From: Yuukianura sp. NJ FZ-2021
Lineage: Eukaryota
Length of the DNA stretch: 64,000 nucleotides
NCBI GenBank assembly: GCA_046563655.1
Contig: CM102290.1
Coordinates: 5,828,001-5,892,000, forward strand
Reading direction: 5' to 3'
The notes under the pieces were generated by a model. That model was not told where the DNA came from, searched no databases, and saw only the letters and a list, made by a program, of their open reading frames with translations. Shown in pieces: positions 54,579 to 64,000 of the stretch (the stretch's first letter is position 1; each line of letters opens with the position of its first letter). The position numbers were made by a program, and so were the translations under genes.

Positions 54579-57500
54579 ATGGCGCACAAGGAAGTGGATC
54601 CGAAAGTTCGCGGGGTGAAGGGGATGCTCAGTCCCAACTTCACCTTCTACTACCCGCACCCACTGCCTCACTATGTTCAGGAACGGGTAGGACTTCTTTT
54701 TAACAATTTTTTCAAATTTTACGTTTTTTTTAAATTTTAAGTTTTTCATTATGTGGGTAACCGTGGAAACTAAACTTCGTTTTTGTTACGTTTTGTTTCT
54801 CTTTGCGCTTGGGAAAACAACCAATTTAGAATTAGAAAAGAAATGAGTAGTAGGCTAAAATTTTAATTGTGTTTTAGAATTAGGCTAAAAGAGTGTTTGA
54901 AATTACCTTTTTGAAAAATCCAAAGTGGTTTTTGGAAAAAGTAGTTTGAAGACTAAAAAGTGGATGGTCAGAGTTGGACTTTGGTTGAATTTAAGTACTG
55001 ACTGTTGAGGCTGAGTTGGAAGAGTGGCTTGTTGAAAGTCGTAACTTGGAACTGTAACTTCCAAAAGTACAATTCCAAGAAGTTGGTGTAATTTTAGTCA
55101 TTGAATGGACAATTAACAAAGTAAAGTAATTAACAAAGTGTTTGGAGAGTAATTGTTTTGGCCGTGAGTGGACCAATTCCAACATAGGCATTGACCCACT
55201 TCCACAAAATGCTGCTTCAGCACTTTTTAGAAAAAGTGGATCTACTGGAATGTGGAGAGTAGAAGTTAAAAGTGTTAATTTCAATTAGTAATTAGTTGAG
55301 TCGAAATGGGTAACAGCGTTGGAAAGGAAAGCAAGTGGAGGCGGTTCGGAATTCAACTGTTCCGGACCAAAAAGGCCGTTGACAAATTGGTCAGAAGTGA
55401 CTGGACTTAAAAACAAATTCCATTTTAACAAAAAGTGTTCCAATTTTGTACTAATTTTCATAATTTTTTGAAACAGTTTCATATGGGTAAAGAAATGGAG
55501 GACGATGACTCGGGTGAATCCAGTTCTTCGACTGAGAAGAACGTCATTGTCGGGATCTGCGCAATGGCCAAGAAGTCTGGCTCAAAACCCATGCAGTCCA
55601 TTCTCACTCGACTCGAAGAGTTTGACTACATCAAAACAATCATCTTCGCAGAAGAAACCATTCTCAAGGTACATATTTTCAAATTTGAATTCTAGTTTGG
55701 AAGAAAAAAAAAAAGAACCGAGTGGGACTCGAACCCACATCGTTTCAATCTGGAAAGAGCTCTAACCATTGACCTACCCAACTCTTTTTTTTTAATTTCA
55801 GGAGCCGATTGAAGACTGGCCAATCGTAGACTGCCTCATTTCGTTCCACTCTAAGGGATTTCCATTGGAGAAGACAATGAGTTATGCTAAACTGCGGAAT
55901 CCCTTCATCCTCAACAACATTGAAATGCAATTTGAGCTCCAAGATCGTCGCAAAGTGTACTCAATTCTGGAGGAGGAGGGAATTCTACTCCCGAGATACG
56001 CCATTCTAGACAGAGATTCTACAGATCTAACTAAAAGTAAGAAAGTTGGGATATCTGCGGATTCTGAGGAAAAGGGCCTCATTTTTTAAGTTTTCAGTGC
56101 ATGAGCTGATAGAGTCTGAGGATCACATTGAGGTGAATGGAGTTGTGTTCAATAAGCCGTTTGTGGAGAAGCCAGTCTCCGCTGAGGACCATAACATTTA
56201 CATCTACTACCCAACTTCAGCTGGAGCCGGAAGTCAGCGTCTCTTCAGAAAAATTGGGAGCAGAAGTAGTGTCTATTCGCCTGAATCGCGTGTACGAAAA
56301 ACTGGATCCTTCATCTACGAAGACTTTATGCCAACGGATGGAACTGACGTCAAGGTCACTCTCAAATTCTCAACTTCTTAAAACTTTTTATGAAAAGTTT
56401 TTTTGAAAAGTTGTGTTGAATGTTGATTATTTAGGTATATACTGTTGGACCAGACTATGCACACGCTGAAGCCAGAAAGTCTCCTGCTCTGGATGGAAAA
56501 GTGGAGCGAGACAGTTGCGGAAAAGAGGTGCGATATCCTGTCATTTTGACTGCTGGAGAAAAATTGGTCGCCAGAAAAGTTTGTATGGCTTTCAAACAGA
56601 CTGTTTGTGGATTCGACTTACTCAGGTGAGGTCAAAGGTCAAAGGTCAACGTTTTTGAAAAACTCCTCATTTGTGGATTTTAGGGCCAATGGAAAGTCGT
56701 ACGTGTGTGATGTGAATGGGTTTAGCTTTGTGAAGAATTCGAACAAGTACTACGACGACTGTGCCAGAATACTGGGCAACATGATACTGCGGGAGTTGGC
56801 TCCTCAGCTACACATTCCCTGGGCAATTCCCTTTCAACTCGACGATCCACCCATTGTTCCCACCACTTTCGGAAAAATGTAACTTTTGCAATTTGTTTTT
56901 TGAAATTTTTGGAAAAATGGAATTTTGTATTGTTGGTGATTTTGTGTAGGATGGAACTTCGATGTGTTGTTGGAATTATTCGACACGGAGACCGAACGCC
57001 GAAGCAGAAAATGAAAATGGAAGTTCGTCATCCAAAGTAAAAAGTTAAATTTTGGAATGTCGGAGATTGGGTGAACTTTTAATTTTTAATTTGTGTGTAG
57101 GTTCCTTGAGCTGTTTGAGAAATATGGTGGCACTCCTGAGAATAATGTGAAGCTCAAGAAGCCGAAACAGCTCCAGGAAGTGTTGGATATCGCGAGGTTT
57201 CTTCTCTTTGAAGTCAAACACTCGGAGGGAGAGCGGGAGTTTGAAGAGAAGCGCGGAAAACTGGACCAATTGAAATGTGTTCTCGAAATGTAATCCAATT
57301 CCTCTAGTTTTTTTAAAAGCGTTCTCATTTTCAACATTTTTGTGAACTTTGATAGGTACGGGTATTTTGGAGGAATCAACCGGAAGGTGCAGCTCAAGTA
57401 CCAGCCAAAAGGTCGTCCAAGGGGCACGAGCAGTGATGACGGTGAGAACCACAGTTCGTTGACCTTGTCCTTACAAACTGGACTTTTGATCTTCTGACCT

Positions 57501-60500
57501 GTCGATCTTCTCACCGTTTGGTCCTTTGACAGTTTGAACTTCTGACCTTTTGACGGTTTGAACTTCCGACCTTTTCACCATTTGCTCTGCTGACTTTTTG
57601 ATGTTTTGATGTTGTGACCTTTTGATGTTGTGACTTTTTGATGCACTGACGTTTTGATGTTGTGACCTTTTGATGTAATGACCTTTTGATGTAATGACCT
57701 TTTGATGTTTAGATGAGCCGAAGGAGCCTTCTCTGGTGCTGATCCTGAAGTGGGGCGGGGAGCTGACGCCTGCAGGTCGCGTGCAGGCGGAGGAGTTGGG
57801 CCGAATATTCCGCTGTATGTATCCGGGGGGTCAGGGTATGCACGCAACTAAACTCTTCTCCTACTAATCTCCCTCAACGTCAACCGTCATGTCGCTTTAG
57901 TCGGGGATTTTCAAAACCACTTCTCAAACCACACTTTCCAAAAAAGGGGGTTCCTTCTAAACGGAAAAGGACTTTAACGTTAACAGGGGTCTTGGCAGGT
58001 TTTTTAACAAAACATAATCATTTTTGAATGTTTTTTCTTTTTAAAATCCTACTCACTTTTGTTGAAGTTTTTTTGTTGGCGGAAGAGACAGAGTTGAGAA
58101 TGTTGATTCTGTTTGATTATGAAATGTTTAGGGCAAATTGACACGCACAAGGGCCTCGTACACTACGAGCCGAGTGAGTCACTTTTTGGACATTTTTAAA
58201 CTAAACAGCTTCCTTTTTGAAATTTTAGAATTTCTCTATACTCTTGTAGTTTTTCTTCTTTTTACTTTGGACTTCTGTTTTTAGAGGTATTTTGCTTTTT
58301 TTGTTCATACTTTTGTCAACTGCTTAACTAAGCGTTTTAATTACATCGATTTTAATTGGGTTTTGCTTTTGCGTTTGGCATGATTTTTGTTTAGTTTTGT
58401 TTTCTCCTGTCCTTTGTTTACTTTCCTTTCTTCTTTCTGCTTCATGCTTTTCAAAATTTTGGAGCTTTTTATACAAATTACTTTTCAAAAAGCAGAGTTT
58501 TGCGGTTTTGTATTTTTTCAACTTTGGTTCAAAATTTTTGAAAGGTGAATATGCTGCTCAGTACGCTCAAGGGCTGGGACTCCTTCGACTCCACTCCACA
58601 TTTCGACATGACCTCAAGATTTACGCTTCCGATGAAGGCAGAGTCCAGATGACAGCAGCAGCATTTGGTAATTCAAAAACTCTACAAAACTTTTTTTTAG
58701 AAAGTTAGTTCAAAATTTTAGAAATTTGAAATTTGATTTTTTGAATTCAGCCAAAGGTTTGTTGGCTCTGGAGGGCGAACTGACTCCGATTTTGGTCCAA
58801 ATGGTAAAATCTGCTCACACAAATGGACTCCTGGACAATGACTGCGAATCCAGCAAGTTTCAAAAACAGTAAACACAAAATTTTGAACTTTTGTTTAGAA
58901 TTTGAGTTTTTGAAGTATTTTTGACAAAGTGTGGTTTGTTTTCAGCGTGAAGCAGAAGTTGCATGAGTTGATGCAGCAAGACAAAGACCTAACGGAAGAA
59001 GACTGTTTGAAGATCAATCCGACCAAGTCGTCCAGTATCTCGAATGCTCTCAACTTCATGAAGAACCCGTACAAATGCTGTGAGAAAGTGCTGGAGTTGG
59101 TGCACAAGTTGGTGGAGCTCATAAGGGAGCGTCGAGAGGGGAAGTCCCCCCTGTACCACGGAGAGTCCTGGGACCTCATGGCTCGTCGCTGGACAAAACT
59201 GGAGAAGGACTTCAAGACGAAGGGCTCCTTCGACATCTCCAAGGTCCCCGACATCTACGACTGCATCAAGTACGACATCCAGCACAACTCACACGCCATT
59301 GGCTTCGACCAGGCAGAGGAACTCTACATCTACGCCAAGAGTCTCGCAGGTCCAAATTTAAAATTTTTCAAAAATAAGAACATTTTAACCAAGGTTTATT
59401 GACTCATTTTTTTTAATAGGTTGAGTAATCTCATGTTTTTTTGATTTTGAATTTTGCATACGAATTCGTTCCAATTTCTTGGATTGGTACTAAAATTGGT
59501 ACCTCTTTTTTTTTTCGTTTTTCTGTCACCAAGCGAGGTAGTACCCAACCTGTTAAAGAAAATGAACTTTTCGTTGTCAAGGAACCTTGATTTTAAGAAT
59601 TTTGAAAAATGTAAATTTTTTTTCGTGTTGCAGACGTGGTGATTCCGCAGGAGTACGGAATCACTCAACTGGACAAGTTGGCCATCGCGCAGGGCATCTG
59701 CTCCCCCCTCCTCAAGAAGATCCGGAGTGACCTTGAGAGGAACATCAACGAGACGACGGGGCAAGTGGAGGGGGCGGATGGAGACGAGTCAGTGAACAGA
59801 CTCAATCCAAGCTACTCCCACGGAGTGTCCAGTCCAGGGAGACATGTTAGGACAAGACTCTACTTCACCAGTGAAAGTCACATCCACTCTCTCTTGACCG
59901 TCATTCGCTACGGGGGACTTGTGGACGTCAGTTTTCAAAACACTGGATTTTTAGAATTTCACTTTCCAAGTTTTTGAAAATTTTGAAGTTTTTGATGATT
60001 TTTGTAGCTTCCGATTGAGATGGGTCGAAAGCTGAGTGAGCAGGATGAGCAGTGGCAGAGAGCAATGGAGTACGTCAATGCTGTATCGGAACTCAACTAC
60101 TTGACGCAAATTGTGATCATGCTCTATGAAGATCCCACCAAAGACGAAGGTTCGGAAGAACGGTAAGCACAAACGGTATTAGTCAAAAGTTCGGCAACGA
60201 TACAATTCCGCACATTCGATACAATTCGAAATTAAAATTTACTATTTGAAAAGTTTTTTTTTTGTGGTTAGATTCCATGTGGAGCTGCATTTTAGTCCAG
60301 GCGTGAACTGTGGGATTCAGAAGAACTTTCCACAAGGACCTGGATTTCGCCCGAACAGCAGAAGTGAACATCATAAGAGTGTAAGTTCAATTACTAATTT
60401 CTTAATTGCAATCACAATTAAGTTAATTGATGGTTAAGTTCTTGTGATCTCATGTGGCAGTTCGATATGGAAGGGAAAGAGGACAAAGTTTTGAAAAAAG

Positions 60501-62008
60501 CGCCATCAATGGTGAATGGAGAGCCTGTTGTGCCCAATCCCGTCGCTTCAGGCTCATCAGCCGTACCGGACGTCTCTGAAGTTTCGAAACCGGAATCACT
60601 TCAGTCGAAACCGGAACCAATTCCTTCTGTTCCGGCCTACAGTACCGTAGTTGTACCGTCGAAAGAAGAAATCGTACCGAAAGTTGCAGTCACTCCCACA
60701 ACCATCCAGTTTTCACTCAATACGCAACCGAAAGGCTCCATGGAAGACAAGGAAACCAAATCTGAAGCCATTCCAATTACCAAGTGCGACACAATTTTTA
60801 ACATGAAATTTTGAACATTTTCAAAATTCGAAACAATCTCATTTCAAAATTCGTTGTTTTTTTGCAGTACCGTGAAACCGGACAGTGCCTTTTCAGCGTT
60901 GGCTCAACTTCCATTCAGCCCCAACAAGTCTCGCATCAGGGGTACGCACTTTGAATTCAAATTTTGAAAAAACCGCTTCCTCGTTTTTGAAAATTTTTAA
61001 GTTTTAGTCTGTTGCCTGTGCTTGTGACTTTGTTTTTCTAATTGTAGTTTTGTGTTTGTTTTGTTCTGTTTCGTTTTTTGATTTTGGCCTGCCTTTGTTG
61101 TGCACGTTGACTAAAGACTGTGATGAAATGGAGAGCCTTAGAGTGAGGAAGGAGGCCCTTGAAGGGGACAGTGATGAGGATGAAGGGCCCCCCGTCAAGG
61201 ACGTCTACTCCAGAAGTGGTGAGAGGGAGGGGAGTGGGTGGATGAGTGCGAAGCGCCTGAGCAGGTCCCGCCGTCACATGGAAGTGTCGTCGTCCAACCC
61301 CGAGCTGTTGGCCCTCGGTGGGGCTTGTTCCCACCGGACAGAGGCCCACCGGCGGTGGAACGCTTGTGCGGAGTTTTGTTGTTACCAGAGTTACATGACA
61401 CAGGAAATGGTACGTGGAGTTTCGTATGACAACTACTTTGCAGGGGGCCGTTGAAGAAGTTTGGGAAGGGCGGAGGGACGAGCCTTTTCTCGACGGCCGT
61501 CATCACTGGCCACTCCTCCAGCCAGTCAGCATCCAAATCCCAGTGTGACTTTGAGTTCTCACAACCAGTGCGCATACCCAGTAAGACTAACTTTAACTAA
61601 CCAAGGTTAATTAACTAATTAACTTATGTTTTGATTTGGTTTGTACAGTGACTGACAGATTCCCCATTCCGCCCATTCGTCCGCTCGAGACTCTGCACAA
61701 TGCACTGTCCTTCATTCAGCTGGACAACTTCCTGGAGCGCATTCTGTCGGCCCACTACAGACCAATGTCTTCACTCACTCCTGCTACTGCTCCCTCCACA
61801 GGTACAATCAATTAAATTTAACTGTAATTAGTTAATTTATTTATATAATTTATTATATTATTAATAATTGATGATTTTGTTAGAGTGGAAGAGTGTTGGT
61901 GAGATGGGAGAGCATGGACAACGGGGGAAGAGGAAGACGAAGGCTCCGATGAAGGAGGAATTCCCCTACTACTTGTTCACTTTCAGGAAGCCCAAGAGTG
62001 ACAATTAA
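54579..62008 (+). CDS. PPIP5K: Inositol hexakisphosphate / diphosphoinositol-pentakisphosphate kinase (VIP1/PPIP5K)
   Basis: Probable first coding exon 54579-54686, then 55477-55668, 55802-56036, 56098-56354, 56435-56625, 56684-56878, 56950-57036, 57101-57289, 57356-57441, 57713-57835, [58132-58173], 58545-58667, 58751-58868, 58946-59349, 59634-59926, 60008-60162, 60272-60380, 60461-60783, 60868-60941, 61117-?, ?-61580, 61649-61801, 61884-62008. ATP-grasp kinase motifs ([31 protein letters not shown]) and histidine-phosphatase motifs ([17 protein letters not shown]). Both termini and 61117-61444 are uncertain. Confidence 0.95.
55715..55784 (-). mobile_element. tRNA-derived repeat (SINE-like), copy 4, in a PPIP5K intron
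   Basis: Reverse strand gagttgggtaggtcaatggttagagctctttccagattgaaacgatgtgggttcgagtcccactcggttc followed by a T-run. Confidence 0.65.
57520..57710. repeat. Intronic tandem repeats (tgaccttttgatgt, ~16 bp; 24-bp variant upstream)
   Basis: gtgaccttttgatgtt / atgaccttttgatgta units fill the PPIP5K intron 57442-57712. Confidence 0.8.
59390..59589 (-). mobile_element. MITE, CAAGGTT family copy (inverted, internally deleted) in a PPIP5K intron
   Basis: caaggtttattg...tacccaacctgttaaagaaaa...tgtcaaggaaccttg; flanks attttaac / attttaag (7/8 match, 8-bp TSD-like). Confidence 0.85.
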
Positions 62009-63141
62009 CTAAGCAACTAATTAATCGTCTGAGCAATTGAGTTACCTAGCTGTTCCACAATGACCTCCACATCTGTGATACGCAGTTATCATCTACACAT
62101 CCAACTTCTATTTTCAACGTAGTTACTTAAGTGTCACAAATAGTTACGGTTACTTGACAACACGATCCTGTTCCAACTCCGTTTCTAGTCAACCACAACC
62201 ATCTTCACGATCTGTCCCTTTTTACAACAAAAAGAAGAAGAAGCTGAATTTTAGAATACTCCCAATATGCTCAACAACAATTTGGTCAAAAAGTAAAAAC
62301 GTCAAGACGTGAGATCATCAACACAAAAGATTTGTAACGATTGACATTTTGACTTTGTGATGAACATGTGTTGAGTATTGGTCCTGCTACAGTTATGAAA
62401 TGGATTAACTAAAGTTTGATGTGATTAAATGTTATATGTGAAATTGATTAAATGTTATGTTGATTGAATGCTACGTTGTGTTTTTGAGTTGAGGAAGATC
62501 GGTTAGTGGTTTGAAAGTGGTTAGGGTAATTAGTTGTGCAATTAATTGAATGAGTGGCGAAGGAGAAACCACTGCCAGTAGTACTTGCCTCTTCGTGTGC
62601 CGTCACTTCCGTGGGGTCACTTTGACAGAGTGGGGAAGTGGTTCTGGGTCAGGAGTTGCGCAGTGACACTTGGACCAAGTCCCCCCCTGGGGAAACCACT
62701 CGCTGTCGCCTCCGTCTCATTACACCAATCAATCAGATGCTGCTCCAATATCATGCAATACTTGGTTAACCCAATTAAACGCTATTGCCCAACACCAGTT
62801 GCCCAATATTTTATCAACGCATGTGCAATGGCAGCGATCTCCAAATGCCCTCACCATTTTGTCTTTGTTAAGCTTGGCTCATGCGTACTCATCTCGAGGT
62901 CACCAGACTCATGGGGTCATGTCACATTTCTTAAAGTGTTTTGTAAAAAGAGGGAAAAGTGAAACTTTTGAAACGTGTGATTTTGCTTCCGTCTTTTTTC
63001 TTTGAGTGGGTGGGGAGATGCGTTGTGGCCAAAGTGGTTTGGGCAGTTTGACTCTCGTCCCACGTAGCCCCACATTGCTCAACGCCCCACCAGACATGTT
63101 GACAGAATGAGCCAAAAAGATGGTCAGGAGCTAAGTGGGGA

Positions 63142-63176
63142 TATAAAAAGGATTCTACAGGATCAGCATATCAGTA
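63142..63176 (+). promoter_or_regulatory. TATA box and arthropod initiator of the cuticle gene
   Basis: TATAAAA at 63142, TCAGT at 63171 (29 bp later), ATG at 63240. Confidence 0.75.
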
Positions 63177-63239
63177 CGACTCATTCTCTCATCACAAAAT
63201 CATCTTCACAGGTCACAGGTCAACTGTAAACAAGAAATC

Positions 63240-63944
63240 ATGTTCTCAAAGGTACTTTGGAGTCCATTTGGACACAAGGAGAAAGTGGACTCACTTCCGC
63301 AGTCGTGACAATTGGACACACACACTCAGGATCCGCTCAACTGACCAAAACTCACAGACCAAACTCAACTTTGACCTTTGACATTTTTGGATTTTGAATT
63401 TTCCCACTCATTTTGTTCTGGATTTTGTAGGTTGCAGTTCTGTTCGCCGTTTTGGCCGCTGCCCAAGCTGGAAACGAAGCCCCGCCCCCAAAAGTCCACA
63501 CTTACTCTGTCCCCAGTGTAGCCAAGGTCTCCTATCCAGGTAATACTATAATTAATTGTTAATTAAGATTAATTGTTAATTAACTTAACTTAATTGAAGG
63601 ACCCACCGTGACGAAGAGTGTGGAAACGTACTCTGCTCCATCCATTGAGAAGACGACCACCATCACCCGCACCATCACTGCACCACTCAACGCACCAGCC
63701 GGAAAACAAGTCGCCTACGCCGCACCAAGCCCACTCATCAAAGCAGCTCCAGCTCCAGCTGTCTACGCCGTACGTCCTACTTTTCAAAAAAGTTACACAA
63801 ATTCAAAAATGTTGCTTTTCAAAAAAAAAAATCGAAATTTTTTTGAATTATAATTTTCAGGCAGCGGCTCCCATTGCAGCTGCCCCACTCGGTTACGCTG
63901 CTGCACCAGCTCCACTGGCCTATGCTCAAGCACCAATCGCCTAC
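63240..63944 (+). CDS. Ala/Pro-rich (AAP-repeat) secreted cuticular protein, 5' part; continues beyond the right edge
   Basis: Exons 63240-63251 (MFSK), 63431-63539, 63600-63769, 63861-63944. Signal peptide MFSKVAVLFAVLAAAQA, repeated YAAP/AAPA/AAPI; a 4-codon first exon is typical of arthropod cuticle genes. Confidence 0.85.
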
Positions 63945-64000
63945 GTAAGAATTCTTCACTCTTTTTCAACTTCCTTTTCAACAAAATCCTGAAAAAACTC

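Overview
AT-rich, intron-rich eukaryotic DNA, most likely from an arthropod (Kruppel, an AAP-type cuticle protein, many 55-75 nt GT-AG introns); the species cannot be determined. Left to right: 5' part of a Fat-like cadherin gene (-, runs off the left edge); a ~24 kb gene-poor interval with MITEs, tRNA-derived repeats and a spliced-looking decayed locus; an orphan single-pass membrane ORF (-); MICU1 (-); Kruppel (+); ABCE1/pixie (+); a C19orf12/nazo homolog (+); ALG5 (-); PPIP5K/VIP1 (+); and a cuticle protein (+, runs off the right edge). Exon boundaries were read by hand from GT/AG signals and reading-frame continuity. Best leads: a cluster of miR-100-seed (or Kr-site-like) TACGGGT motifs 3' of Kruppel; a 12-nt MICU1 microexon where vertebrate MICU1.1 has its microexon; an in-frame TGA-CAACTA readthrough-type context in PPIP5K; a triplicated splice acceptor in ABCE1; a Transib-like MITE with RSS-heptamer ends; an 11-bp-phased TGAC/CRE array ending on the Kr start codon; and eight perfect AGGTCAAAGGTCA 13-mers. 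None is proven without RNA or comparative data.
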